In this document: one piece after another, positions 1 to 10,259 of the stretch
Layout of the letters: every line of letters starts with the position of its first letter
How positions within the stretch are numbered: the first letter of the stretch is position 1
Source: Fidelibacterota bacterium
GTDB taxonomy: Bacteria; Fidelibacterota; UBA8477
Reading direction: 5' to 3'
Assembly: GCA_021734045.1 (NCBI GenBank)
Contig: JAIPJR010000001.1
Location: 5,901 to 69,900, forward strand
DNA: 64,000 nt
Translations under genes and position numbers: made by a program
Notes under the pieces: generated by a model
Database searches by the model: none
The model's input: only the letters and a program-made list of their open reading frames with translations
Told to the model about the DNA's origin: nothing

Positions 1-275
1 TGCTCACCAATCGTATTGTGGTGGCGAAAATAACCCAATCCTCCCTGCAGCGAACCACCGGTCTTGTGGTAGTCGGTGCGATTTTTCTGGTGCTGGTCCT
101 TACGCTTCTGAATCAAACCTGGCCACTGGCGACTTCAGCAGCCGAATTTGATTCTACGGTGAATAATATTGGCGAGTTGCTGTTTGGTGATTACCTGATT
201 TTGTTTGAGGTGGCTTCAGTCTTACTGCTGGGCGCGTTGATTGGTGCGGCGACTCTGGCGCGGAAGGAGCTGTAG
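1..275 (+). CDS. nuoJ: NADH-quinone oxidoreductase subunit J (C-terminal part; the gene begins before the window)
   Basis: Hydrophobic membrane-protein sequence that ends with a TAG stop at 273-275, immediately followed by nuoK, nuoL, nuoM and nuoN. The position in the operon and the TM-rich sequence both match subunit J. Confidence 0.6.
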   Translation, partial: LTNRIVVAKITQSSLQRTTGLVVVGAIFLVLVLTLLNQTWPLATSAAEFDSTVNNIGELLFGDYLILFEVASVLLLGALIGAATLARKEL

Positions 276-276
276 T

Positions 277-582
277 ATGCATGCATTGTCATCCTATCTT
301 ATTTTAAGCGCACTGTTATTTTCGCTGGGTTTATATACCGTTATCACTCGGAAGAATGCCGTTGCCATTCTTATGGGAATCGAGCTGATTTTGAACGCTG
401 CCAATGTGAATTTCATCGCATTCTCAAAATTTGTGACCCATCATGTGGAAGGGCACCTGATGGCGGTATTTATCATTATGCTGGCTGCTGCGGAAGCGGC
501 AGTGGCATTGGCTATTATCCTGAATCTCTATAACGATCATGGCAATATCAATGTTGATGAAGCCAACGCGCTAAAACGGTAG
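277..582 (+). CDS. nuoK: NADH-quinone oxidoreductase subunit K
   Basis: ATG at 277 encodes an approximately 101-aa protein with three predicted TM segments (MHALSSYLILSALLFSLGLY...LNAANVNF...), typical of NuoK/ND4L, located between nuoJ and nuoL. The ORF-track start at 241 is a TTG and is probably spurious. Confidence 0.8.
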   Translation: MHALSSYLILSALLFSLGLYTVITRKNAVAILMGIELILNAANVNFIAFSKFVTHHVEGHLMAVFIIMLAAAEAAVALAIILNLYNDHGNINVDEANALKR

Positions 583-589
583 GTCTCAC

Positions 590-2695
590 ATGCCCATGGT
601 AAATCTATCTATAATCATTCTGGTCTTACCCCTTATCAGCTTTGTCTTCCAAATGTTTTTTGGGCGCCGGCTGGAAGGTAAAAAGGGCGAATGGATTTCC
701 ATCTCGCTGGTACTGGTGACGCTGTTATTGGCCATCATCATGTTTGCCAACATGCTCTTCGACTACCAACCCGATTTCAGGCAGGAAGCCCAATTCACCT
801 GGCTGAATCTGGGGAGCTTTCAGCTTGAGATGGGGATTTTGGTGGACAATATCACCATTATCATGTTGCTGGTGGTCGCCATCATCAGCGGCTTGGTGCA
901 CATCTACTCGGTGGAGTACATGAAGGACGATGTGCGCTATTCACGCTACTTTGGTTTTCTGGGAATTTTTACCTTCTCTATGTATGGCATCACCATCGCC
1001 AATAATCTCTTTATGATATACTGTTTCTGGGAGTTGGTGGGTTTGTCATCTTACCTGTTGATTGGACACTGGTGGGAGAAAAAATCGGCTGCGGATGCCG
1101 GTAAAAAAGCCTTTATCGTGAACCGCATTGGCGATATCGGTATGTTTATGGGGTTGATGATCGTTGCTACCGTGGCCGGTACCTTTAATTACGAATTATT
1201 GTTTGAGCGCATCGGTAATGGTGCCTGGGCGGCCGGTGTTGGTGGCTTGTTCGGCGGCGTGGATCCCAATACCCTCCTGACCTGGGCGGGGGTGCTAATT
1301 TTCATGGGTGCAATTGGCAAATCGGCGCAATTTCCGTTGCATGTCTGGTTACCGGATGCCATGGAAGGTCCCACGCCGGTCTCTGCATTAATCCATGCGG
1401 CGACTATGGTGGCGGCAGGTGTTTATCTCACGGTTAGAATATTCCCCATGCTCACACCAAACGCCATGTCATTCATTGCTTTAATCGGCGGATTTACGGC
1501 CTTTTTCGCTGCCACGATTGCTATTACCCAGAATGACATTAAAAAGGTGCTGGCCTATTCGACCGTGTCCCAATTGGGGTACATGATTATGGCACTGGGA
1601 ACCGGTGCCTATGTTGCGGGCTTTTTCCACCTGGTGACACACGCCATGTTCAAGGGGCTGCTCTTTCTGGCGTCTGGTTCGGTTATTCACATGATGCATC
1701 ATAGTTTGCATAAACTGGGTGACCATGAAACCGATGCCCAGGATATGCGCAATATGGGTGGTTTGCGGACGAAAATGCCGATTACCTACACCGTATTTTT
1801 AATCGCATCATTGTCCATCTCAGGGATACCGCTTTTCTCAGGATTTCTGAGTAAAGATGCCATTCTGGCCGGTACTTGGGCTTATGCAGCCCACATTCAT
1901 GACGGCTGGCTGGCCCAGGCGCATCTGGGCTGGCTGCTACCTTTCTTTGGCTTTTCGGCAGCATTGATTACGGCATTTTACATGTTCCGGCTTATGTTTA
2001 TGACATTCCACGGTGAGCCGAAAAATAAAGCCATATTTGATAACATGCATGAAGCACCCCGATTGATTACGGTGCCCATCATGGTATTGGGCGCGCTTTC
2101 CACCTGGATATTCTTCTCACTACCCTCATTCAATCCACTGGGTGGCGAAGGGTGGTTCCACCACCTGGTGCAGCAGGCGAAGAGTGTGGTACCAACGGGT
2201 GCTTTTGACGCAGAGACCTTCGCGCACGGATTGCATGCAGCCCACTATCCGGCCATGTACACCTCACTAATCGTGGCCGGGTTGGGTATTGGTCTGGCTG
2301 TGCTGATTTATCTGCTGCGGGAGATTGATCCAGAAAAAATCGCTATCCGATTGGGTGTGCTGTACCGCGGTTCCCTGAACAAGTGGTACATGGACGAAAT
2401 CTACTTGCACGGTATCATCCGGCCATTTTTAAAGGGCTGTGGTGCCGTGGCAACATTTGATATGGAAATTTATGATCATTATGTCATCGATGGTGTGGGG
2501 CGTCGTGTGAAATCCTTGGCGACCGGAACCGGTGTGGCAGATGATCTGGTGGTTGACGGTGCCGTGAATCTATTCGGCATCATTTTTCAATGGCTGGGGT
2601 GGACACTAAAGTTTGTCCAGACCGGTAAAATTCAGAATTATTTGATCTATGTGCTCATCGGAGTGCTGATGGTCTATTTAATCAATGTCTTCTAG
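590..2695 (+). CDS. nuoL: NADH-quinone oxidoreductase subunit L (Mrp antiporter-like)
   Basis: 701-aa polytopic membrane protein carrying the conserved NuoL/ND5 antiporter-like core (…WLPDAMEGPTPVSALIHAATMVAAGVY…). It is the first of three antiporter-like subunits in order. Confidence 0.9.
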   Translation: MPMVNLSIIILVLPLISFVFQMFFGRRLEGKKGEWISISLVLVTLLLAIIMFANMLFDYQPDFRQEAQFTWLNLGSFQLEMGILVDNITIIMLLVVAIISGLVHIYSVEYMKDDVRYSRYFGFLGIFTFSMYGITIANNLFMIYCFWELVGLSSYLLIGHWWEKKSAADAGKKAFIVNRIGDIGMFMGLMIVATVAGTFNYELLFERIGNGAWAAGVGGLFGGVDPNTLLTWAGVLIFMGAIGKSAQFPLHVWLPDAMEGPTPVSALIHAATMVAAGVYLTVRIFPMLTPNAMSFIALIGGFTAFFAATIAITQNDIKKVLAYSTVSQLGYMIMALGTGAYVAGFFHLVTHAMFKGLLFLASGSVIHMMHHSLHKLGDHETDAQDMRNMGGLRTKMPITYTVFLIASLSISGIPLFSGFLSKDAILAGTWAYAAHIHDGWLAQAHLGWLLPFFGFSAALITAFYMFRLMFMTFHGEPKNKAIFDNMHEAPRLITVPIMVLGALSTWIFFSLPSFNPLGGEGWFHHLVQQAKSVVPTGAFDAETFAHGLHAAHYPAMYTSLIVAGLGIGLAVLIYLLREIDPEKIAIRLGVLYRGSLNKWYMDEIYLHGIIRPFLKGCGAVATFDMEIYDHYVIDGVGRRVKSLATGTGVADDLVVDGAVNLFGIIFQWLGWTLKFVQTGKIQNYLIYVLIGVLMVYLINVF

Positions 2696-2716
2696 GACAG
2701 GGAGGAATTGGCTTAG

Positions 2717-4225
2717 ATGGGTGCGCATCTCTTAACGCTAGTGACCTTTATACCGGTATTGGGCGGGATTATCATCGCGTTCATTCCCCGTGAGAAACTG
2801 GATGCCATTCGTTGGACTGCTGTTGCGGCGACAGCATTGCAGCTATTGGTTTCATTCGTGATCCTGGGAAGCTACGACCGGATGAATCCCGACATCCAGA
2901 TGGTAGAACACTACTCATGGATACCGGCATTCAATATTGAATACTTTATGGGCATTGATGGACTGAGCCTGCCGATGGTGCTATTAACGCCATTTATCAG
3001 TTTTCTGGCCATCTTTTCATCCTGGAAAATTCCGAAAGCCCAGAAGGGATATTTCTCCCTGTTTCTACTCCTTGATACCGGGATGATGGGTGTCTTTGTA
3101 TCCCTGGATTTCTTCCTGTTTTACATCTTCTGGGAAGTGATGCTACTGCCCATGTACTTCCTTATCGGGATGTGGGGTGGTCCGAAAAAAGAATATGCCG
3201 CCATTAAGTTCTTTTTATACACATTGTTTGGCTCCGTCCTCATGTTGCTGGGTATGCTGGCACTCTATTTTTCACTGGAGCCCCATACTTTTAATATGAT
3301 AATCCTACGGGACGCCGCCCCGGAAATCGGTCAAAAACTCCTGCTGGGGATGAATGCCGCCAAAGTGATTTTTATGCTGCTATTCGTGGGATTCGCCATC
3401 AAAGTTCCCATTTTCCCATTCCATACCTGGTTACCGTTGGCGCATGTGGAAGCTCCCACCGCGATTTCTGTGATTCTGGCTGGAATTCTGTTGAAAATGG
3501 GTACCTACGGATTTCTCCGGATTTCCTGGCCGGTTTTGCCCAGCGCTACGCTTTGGTTCGCACTGCCAATGGCGATTCTTGGGCTGATTAATATCATTTA
3601 TGGAGCGATGGCTGCTCTGGCGCAGAAAGACCTGAAGAAAATGGTGGCCTACTCATCCATCAACCATATGGGTTACGTTCTTCTGGGAATGAGTGCCATG
3701 ACTGCCGCCGGTATGAATGGCGCGGTCTTTCAGATGTTTAACCACGGCACCATCACAGCCATGCTCTTTATGTTAGTGGGTGTGGTGTATGACCGGGCTC
3801 ATCATCGTGATATCGATGGGTTTGGCGGAATCGCGGCGAAGGTTCCTATCTACGCGGGTGTTGTGGCGCTGGCGTGGTTCGCAGGTCTGGGCTTGCCGGG
3901 TCTGTCGGGATTCATTTCAGAAGCACTTTGCTTCATTGGTGCCTTCCCGGTTTTCACCTGGATTACCATTTTTGCTACCCTGGGAATCGTGCTGAATGCA
4001 GCTTATTTTCTCTGGTCCTACCAGCGCATTTTCTTCGGTCCGCTTAACCCCAAATATGAGAATCTGGAGGAGATCAATAAGCGTGAATTGTGGACGCTGA
4101 TTCCCCTGGCCGTAGTGGTGATTTTCCTGGGAATCTATCCGGCTCCCATGCTGGATCTCATGAGCGGAACGCTGAATCAACTGGTTGATATTGTTAAAAC
4201 CGCCGGCATGATGGCTGGTTTCTAA
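2717..4225 (+). CDS. nuoM: NADH-quinone oxidoreductase subunit M
   Basis: 502-aa antiporter-like membrane protein (…HTWLPLAHVEAPTAISVILAGILLKMG…), the ND4 family, in the middle position of the three. Confidence 0.9.
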   Translation: MGAHLLTLVTFIPVLGGIIIAFIPREKLDAIRWTAVAATALQLLVSFVILGSYDRMNPDIQMVEHYSWIPAFNIEYFMGIDGLSLPMVLLTPFISFLAIFSSWKIPKAQKGYFSLFLLLDTGMMGVFVSLDFFLFYIFWEVMLLPMYFLIGMWGGPKKEYAAIKFFLYTLFGSVLMLLGMLALYFSLEPHTFNMIILRDAAPEIGQKLLLGMNAAKVIFMLLFVGFAIKVPIFPFHTWLPLAHVEAPTAISVILAGILLKMGTYGFLRISWPVLPSATLWFALPMAILGLINIIYGAMAALAQKDLKKMVAYSSINHMGYVLLGMSAMTAAGMNGAVFQMFNHGTITAMLFMLVGVVYDRAHHRDIDGFGGIAAKVPIYAGVVALAWFAGLGLPGLSGFISEALCFIGAFPVFTWITIFATLGIVLNAAYFLWSYQRIFFGPLNPKYENLEEINKRELWTLIPLAVVVIFLGIYPAPMLDLMSGTLNQLVDIVKTAGMMAGF

Positions 4226-4255
4226 ACGGTCGTGAAAGCGAAGTAGAGTCGTACT

Positions 4256-5746
4256 ATGGATTTAACTCAACTCGCCCTGAGCCTCAAGTACTTTATCCCC
4301 GAGATGGTCCTCACGGGCTTTATTGTCGTGGCCATTCTGTATGACCTGTTTCTGAAACCGGAGACCAGTCACCGGGTCGGGTTTGTGGCTATCGCCGGGC
4401 TGGTGGTTACACTGGGGATGTTGTATCAGCAGCAGGGAATTCCGGCAACCGGTATTTTTGCTAACATGTTCGCGTTGGATGGTTTTGCGACCTTTTTTAA
4501 ATGGGTTGTGGCCATTGGCGCGGCGCTGGCAATCTGGATGTCATTGGATACGAAGGAGCTGGAAAATCGACGGGTTGGTGAATATCACATTCTCATCCTG
4601 ATTTTAGTGCTGGGGATGTTTCTCCTCGTCTCCGCGACGCACATTATCTCCATCTATCTCTCGCTGGAAATGGTCAGTATCATGTCCTATCTGCTGGCCG
4701 GTTATCTCAAGGAAAACAGTCGTTCCAATGAAGCCAGTGTGAAGTATGTGATTTATGGTGCCTTCTCGTCGGGCATTATGCTATACGGTCTGTCACTTCT
4801 GTATGGGTTAACCGGTACCGGCTATATCAGTGAGATTCAGGCGCAACTGGTGCTGGGGCAGGTCTCGCCGGTGATGCTGGTTTTAGTCACCGTGTTGCTC
4901 TTGGCCGGATTTGGGTATAAAATTTCCGCTGTCCCGTTTCATTTCTGGACACCGGATGTATATGAAGGTGCGCCCACACCCATCACGGCCTTTTTATCCG
5001 TCGCTCCCAAAGCAGCCGGATTTGCAGTGCTGATTCGATTCTTCAATGTTGCCCTTTCTCAGGGAGATCCCAACACACCCTCCTGGCTGGCGCTGCCCGG
5101 TCTGGATTGGCCCATGATTATTGCCGTTTTGAGTGCGATAACCATGACCGTGGGAAATGTCCTGGCTATTCAGCAGAATAATATCAAACGGCTGCTGGCC
5201 TACTCAAGTATTGCCCATGCCGGATACATGCTCATGGGTGTCGTGGTTGCCGACCAAACCGGTATAGCAGCCATTCTCTATTATGCTGGTGTGTACATGC
5301 TCATGAACCTGGGGGCCTTCTTCGTTGCCATTCAGATTAAAAATATTTACAACACGGAAACCATCGCAGACTATGCCGGCTTGGGCTTTAAGGCACCCTG
5401 GATTGGAATAGCCATGGCGGTCTTCCTCTTTGCCCTTACTGGTTTACCACCAACCGCAGGATTTGTAGCCAAATTTTACCTCTTTCGTGCCCTGGTTCAA
5501 TTTGGAGACGGATTTTTGTGGTTGGCTATGTTCGGCTTACTTAATGGTGTCGTGAGTTTGTTCTATTATATGCGGATATTGAAAGCCATGTATTTCGATA
5601 AAATGGAGATTCCAGAGAAACTCACGGCTGTGCCGCTCCATTTCAATGTTCTCATGTTTATCCTGGTGGTCCCGCTGTTGGTGGGGTGGATGTTTGGTGA
5701 TCCCCTGTCTATCTGGGCAGCTGAAGCGGTGCAATTTTTCTTCTAG
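4256..5746 (+). CDS. nuoN: NADH-quinone oxidoreductase subunit N
   Basis: 496-aa antiporter-like membrane protein (…FHFWTPDVYEGAPTPITAFLSVAPKAAGF…), the ND2 family. It is the last gene of the nuo operon and is followed by a terminator. Confidence 0.9.
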   Translation: MDLTQLALSLKYFIPEMVLTGFIVVAILYDLFLKPETSHRVGFVAIAGLVVTLGMLYQQQGIPATGIFANMFALDGFATFFKWVVAIGAALAIWMSLDTKELENRRVGEYHILILILVLGMFLLVSATHIISIYLSLEMVSIMSYLLAGYLKENSRSNEASVKYVIYGAFSSGIMLYGLSLLYGLTGTGYISEIQAQLVLGQVSPVMLVLVTVLLLAGFGYKISAVPFHFWTPDVYEGAPTPITAFLSVAPKAAGFAVLIRFFNVALSQGDPNTPSWLALPGLDWPMIIAVLSAITMTVGNVLAIQQNNIKRLLAYSSIAHAGYMLMGVVVADQTGIAAILYYAGVYMLMNLGAFFVAIQIKNIYNTETIADYAGLGFKAPWIGIAMAVFLFALTGLPPTAGFVAKFYLFRALVQFGDGFLWLAMFGLLNGVVSLFYYMRILKAMYFDKMEIPEKLTAVPLHFNVLMFILVVPLLVGWMFGDPLSIWAAEAVQFFF

Positions 5747-5780
5747 TAAAATCCTGAACCCCAATATCAGAGCCATTTTG

Positions 5781-5809
5781 AACCGCCTCGCCAGAGGCGG
5801 TTTGTTTTT
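5781..5809 (+). terminator. Rho-independent terminator after nuoN
   Basis: GC-rich hairpin ccgcctc-gcca-gaggcgg followed by a TTTGTTTTT tract, 35 nt after the nuoN stop. Confidence 0.7.
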
Positions 5810-5922
5810 CACTGGTGCGCAAATTCGATGTGGGCTTTGGACTTTTTTATTTAGTCTTCCTGCTGTATAATCGTGTCCGGTTGCTCGATCAACCCTTTGA
5901 AACCCAAAAACATGCGGAATTC

Positions 5923-6672
5923 ATGCTTAAATACACGATTTTTAACGAAAAAGGCGGGGTAGGTAAAACCACCATCTCTGCGAATCTGGCTGCGGCGCTG
6001 GCGCTTCGAAAAATGAAGGTCCTGGCCATTGATTTTGATCCGAAGGGAAATCTTACCAATTATTTTTTAGCGGAAAACCCCATTAAAAATAAGCGTCTGG
6101 AGGATGTTTTTAACCCAGATCTGCTGGAAGACAATATCGTCCAGGTTCGCACCAATCTTTACCTTCTGCCGGCATTTAACGGGCTGTATTCATTTGATAA
6201 ACAGACCTATCTTTCCCGCCAGTTTACGCCCATGGAAGATTACACATTTATTGTGGAAAATCTGTTACAGCGGCTGCGTTTTGATTTTATCATCATCGAC
6301 GCCTTACCCACCTTTAATCTGCTTACCCTAAATGCCATCCAGTTTACAAAATATCTCCTGGTGCCGGTTTCTATGAATTTCTGGGCTATGCAGAGCATGA
6401 TTGAGCTGGATACGAAGATATTTAACCTCACCAAGGTGGGGCGCATTTATAAAATCATTCCGAATTTCTACGACCGGGTCACCACGGTATCCCGGGATAT
6501 TTTGCACGAGTTACGGGGGACATTTCTCACTGCTGTCACAAAATCGGTGATCCCCAGGCGAATCGCCCTGGAAAAGGCGTCCGGGGCTTCAAAAACAATT
6601 TTCGAGGCTTTTCCCAATGATCCGGCCGCGGCTGCATTTAAAAAGTTGGCGCGGGAGATTATGATCCAGTAA
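5923..6672 (+). CDS. ParA/MinD-family P-loop ATPase (orphan)
   Basis: Deviant Walker A motif KGGVGKTT near the N-terminus (MLKYTIFNEKGGVGKTTISANLAAALA). ATG at 5923 is in frame with the ORF-track start at 5815. The upstream extension would overlap the nuoN terminator, so 5923 is preferred. Confidence 0.75.
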   Translation: MLKYTIFNEKGGVGKTTISANLAAALALRKMKVLAIDFDPKGNLTNYFLAENPIKNKRLEDVFNPDLLEDNIVQVRTNLYLLPAFNGLYSFDKQTYLSRQFTPMEDYTFIVENLLQRLRFDFIIIDALPTFNLLTLNAIQFTKYLLVPVSMNFWAMQSMIELDTKIFNLTKVGRIYKIIPNFYDRVTTVSRDILHELRGTFLTAVTKSVIPRRIALEKASGASKTIFEAFPNDPAAAAFKKLAREIMIQ

Positions 6673-6733
6673 GGGACAGCACATTTTTTCCTTAACACAT
6701 TGAGTCATCAAGTAAAAGAGAGTGGGGGTTGTC

Positions 6734-8443
6734 ATGCTGAAGCTCATTGAAGCGCATGGTGGTGAGTTAAAAAATCTGATGGTTGCCAGCAGCCGTGTGG
6801 CTGATTTGAAGGCTGCCACCATCCACATGCCATCCTGGACAATGGAAGATCATCAGATTGATGATTTGGAATTGTTGTTGAATGGCGGTTTTTCGCCACT
6901 CACCGGTTATCTAACACAGGAAGCTTACGAGTCGGTATTGTCAGATTTGCGCCTTCCGGACGGAAATTTGTGGTCTATACCCATCACGCTGAGTGTGTCT
7001 AAAACTTTTGGCGATACCGTGAAGGTTGGTGCGCAAATCGTGCTGCGAGATAAAGAAGGTTTGGCCCTGGCGGTATTAACTGTCACGGATAAATGGTTGC
7101 CGGATAAATCACGCGAGGCGGAGACTGTCTTTGGAACCAAGGACCGGGCTCATCCGGGAGTAAAACAATTGTTTGACCAGGTGGGCGATGTCTACCTGGG
7201 GGGACCGGTAGAGGGGTTAAGCCTTCCACACCACTACGATTTTAAAGAATACCGGGACACGCCCGAGGAATTGCGGCGCATTTTCCAGAAACTGGGTTGG
7301 TACAATGTGACGGCATTTCAGACCCGCAATCCCATGCACCGTGCCCATTTCGAAATGACCCTGCGGGCAACTTCAAAATTTAAGACCAACCTATTGATTA
7401 ATCCGGCAGTCGGTGTAACAAAACCGGGTGATGTAGACCATTATACCCGCGTCCGATGTTACCAGAAATTACTTCCCAAGTACCCTACCGGTACAGCGAT
7501 GCTGAGTCTTCTGCCATTGGCCATGCGCATGGCGGGTCCACGGGAAGCGTTATGGCATGCCATTATCCGGAAAAATTTCGGCTGCAATCATTTTATTATC
7601 GGGCGGGACCATGCCAGTCCGGGGAATAATAGTAATGGTCAGGAATTTTATCCACCCTACGCCGCTCAGGAGTTGTTGGAAGCGCACGCTGAGGAGCTGG
7701 GGATTACCGTCATTAAATTCAAGAAGTTGGTTTATAACGAAGATAAAGCTGAGTACCAACCCATTGATGAGGTGAAAGAGGGTGAACGCACGCTGGATAT
7801 TTCCGGCACCGAATTGCGCTATCGGCTCGAAAAGGGGCTTGATATTCCGGAATGGTTTTCTTTTCCGGAGGTGATTGAAGAGTTACGACACACCTATCCG
7901 CCCATGATTCATCGCGGGTTCACGCTGTTTTTTACAGGGCTTTCCGGATCGGGGAAATCCACCCTGGCCAATGGTCTATATGTCAAATTAATGGAAGATG
8001 GCCGGCGCCCGGTAACGCTGCTGGATGGCGATGTGGTGCGGACACACCTGTCCCGTGAGCTGGGATTTTCTAGAGAGCACCGGTCCATAAATGTGCGGCG
8101 TATCGGCTATGTGGCCAGTGAGATTACCAAAAATGGTGGTATTGCCATTTGTGCGCCAATCGCACCGTACGAAGAGGACCGCCGTCTTAACCGGGAGCTT
8201 ATTTCACACTATGGCGGGTACATTGAAATATTTGTCAATACCCCCCTGGAGGAGTGTGAGAAGCGCGATGTCAAAGGCTTATATGCCAAAGCCCGGAAAG
8301 GTTTGATCAAGGAGTTCACGGGAATCAGCGATCCCTACGAAGAACCTAAAAATCCGGAAATGGTGGTGGACACGACGGGTGTAGAACCGGAAGCGCTGGT
8401 ACAGGAAATTCTGTTGAAGATTAAGCAGTTGGGATATGTGTAA
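6734..8443 (+). CDS. Bifunctional sulfate adenylyltransferase / adenylylsulfate (APS) kinase
   Basis: N-terminal ATP-sulfurylase motifs (QTRNPMHRAH, GRDHA) and a C-terminal APS-kinase P-loop (GLSGSGKSTLA). The RBS GAGAGTGGGGG sits 5 nt upstream of the ATG at 6734. An in-frame GTG at 6722 is also possible. Confidence 0.85.
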   Translation: MLKLIEAHGGELKNLMVASSRVADLKAATIHMPSWTMEDHQIDDLELLLNGGFSPLTGYLTQEAYESVLSDLRLPDGNLWSIPITLSVSKTFGDTVKVGAQIVLRDKEGLALAVLTVTDKWLPDKSREAETVFGTKDRAHPGVKQLFDQVGDVYLGGPVEGLSLPHHYDFKEYRDTPEELRRIFQKLGWYNVTAFQTRNPMHRAHFEMTLRATSKFKTNLLINPAVGVTKPGDVDHYTRVRCYQKLLPKYPTGTAMLSLLPLAMRMAGPREALWHAIIRKNFGCNHFIIGRDHASPGNNSNGQEFYPPYAAQELLEAHAEELGITVIKFKKLVYNEDKAEYQPIDEVKEGERTLDISGTELRYRLEKGLDIPEWFSFPEVIEELRHTYPPMIHRGFTLFFTGLSGSGKSTLANGLYVKLMEDGRRPVTLLDGDVVRTHLSRELGFSREHRSINVRRIGYVASEITKNGGIAICAPIAPYEEDRRLNRELISHYGGYIEIFVNTPLEECEKRDVKGLYAKARKGLIKEFTGISDPYEEPKNPEMVVDTTGVEPEALVQEILLKIKQLGYV

Positions 8444-8454
8444 AAATATTCGTT

Positions 8455-10059
8455 CTAATTAATGGAAGATGACAGGTTCACCTGCTCTCTGGTCTTTAAC
8501 TGAGCGGACGAAATGGAAAGCGTTTCTTGGTCAGACAGCTCGGTTACTTTTTCATCTAAAAGTCGGGAATACTCAGCCAAAAGATTATCCAGCTGGTAAA
8601 TAAATATCGTCTCCACCAATGCCCAATCGAGCAACCGTGGGCGATGCCGTACGGCCCACCAGAGAAGTCTCCAAAAATATTTTCGACCAGAATATTTTAT
8701 TCCGATGAAGTAAATCGCACGAAACAGGACCGGTAAATACTCGAAGGTATTTAGCGTCGGGATATCAGTTTCCACTGCCGGGAGGTGATTAAATTCGGTG
8801 AGCCATTGTTTTGCTCGCTCAGAACTGAAAGTAGGGGAATACACTTGTTGTATGGTCTGTTGGAAAGTCTGGTAAAATAATTTTGAAGGTATATTTAGTG
8901 CAATATTGGTCTCTGCTTCATGAAAAGAGAATCCAGGAATTAACCGGTTCTCGCTCTCCATTCGTTCAAACAGGGGTGTCCCCGGTGGTGCCTTGAGCAT
9001 GTTTAATGTCGCCAGCATTATCCCACTCTTTTGAATCAAATCAGCTTGAGTTTGGAAGGTCTCTACTGTATCTGTATCAAACCCGACAATAAAGCCACCT
9101 ACAACAATGAATCCTTTGCGATGCAAAACGGCAATACTCTCAAGGATATCACGCCGAGTGTTCTGAGATTTGCCGGTTAGTTTAAGTGTATCCTCATTGT
9201 CAGTTTCAATCCCGATAAATAGGTGTCGAAAACCTGCTTCCAGCATCAAGTCCATCATTTCTACATCATCAACCAGATTAATGCTGACCTGTGTGGAAAA
9301 GGAGAAAATGGGGACGTGTTGCCTGCGCCATTTAATCAACGCTGGCAATAAATCCTGCTTCAGGACTTTTCGATTTCCAATGAGGTTATCATCGGCAAAT
9401 AGAATGCTGGGGACCGTGGATTCTTTTCTGAAGATATCCAATTCCGCAATAATTTGCGCCGGGCTCTTCATACGGGGACGATTACCGTAAAGGGTTGGAA
9501 CATCACAAAAATCACAGTGATATGGACATCCGCGAGAATACTGAATGATCCCGTATTGGTATCGATTTAGGTCAATAAGGTCCCACCTTGGGAGCGGGGT
9601 TTTTCCGATATGGGCAAAGTCGTCACTGCGGTAAACTTTTTGGAGTGATCCGTGCTCTAAATCTGATAAATATTGGGGGAGTGTGATTTCAGCTTCGTTT
9701 AAAATAAAATGATCAACTCCGGGGAATTGCTCAGACTGCAGGGTGAATAATGATCCGCCTGCAACCACAGTTTTTCCATAGTCTGAGCACCGTTTTATGA
9801 TGGTTCGCGCCGACAGCTCCTGGACATTCATAGCCGAAATAAAAATCTGATCCGCCCAGCGGATATCCTCATCACTTAATGGTTCCACGTTAAGATCAAG
9901 TAGGCGAATCTGCCATGTTTTGGGAAGCATAGATGCGATGGTCAATAACCCAAGCGGTGGATACCATGCCGCCTTACCAAGAATCTTCAGGGTGTGATTC
10001 ATCGTCCAGAATGAACTGGGCATCTTTGAATATACTAAAAGAATTTTCATACACTGCAC
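8455..10059 (-). CDS. B12-binding-domain radical SAM protein (class B rSAM)
   Basis: N-terminal cobalamin-binding-like region (MKILLVYSKMP…) and the radical-SAM cluster motif CPYHCDFC (CxxxCxxC), with a long C-terminal extension. The substrate is unknown. The true start may be the ATG at 10050 (MKILLVY). Confidence 0.75.
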   Translation of the reverse strand: MQCMKILLVYSKMPSSFWTMNHTLKILGKAAWYPPLGLLTIASMLPKTWQIRLLDLNVEPLSDEDIRWADQIFISAMNVQELSARTIIKRCSDYGKTVVAGGSLFTLQSEQFPGVDHFILNEAEITLPQYLSDLEHGSLQKVYRSDDFAHIGKTPLPRWDLIDLNRYQYGIIQYSRGCPYHCDFCDVPTLYGNRPRMKSPAQIIAELDIFRKESTVPSILFADDNLIGNRKVLKQDLLPALIKWRRQHVPIFSFSTQVSINLVDDVEMMDLMLEAGFRHLFIGIETDNEDTLKLTGKSQNTRRDILESIAVLHRKGFIVVGGFIVGFDTDTVETFQTQADLIQKSGIMLATLNMLKAPPGTPLFERMESENRLIPGFSFHEAETNIALNIPSKLFYQTFQQTIQQVYSPTFSSERAKQWLTEFNHLPAVETDIPTLNTFEYLPVLFRAIYFIGIKYSGRKYFWRLLWWAVRHRPRLLDWALVETIFIYQLDNLLAEYSRLLDEKVTELSDQETLSISSAQLKTREQVNLSSSIN

Positions 10060-10259
10060 ACTTACTTTTTAAAAATTAAGTAATCATAATGCAACTTGTG
10101 TAATCAATCAATAGAATATGTGAGGCCGCTTCTGGTGTGTAGGGTAGTTTGACAGAGGCCGATGAAAAATACGCTGTTCAACGGAGGGTGGGTTATAGTT
10201 TTCAGGGTACTTTGAATTTATTTGCAAAGCCTATACACCCCGATTATATTCCGCGCGCT

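Noticed and set aside
10060-10148. Possible riboswitch or leader upstream of the B12-binding radical SAM gene
   Set aside because: It is only about 90 nt long and contains no recognisable conserved riboswitch blocks, such as a B12 box or SAM box, on either strand.
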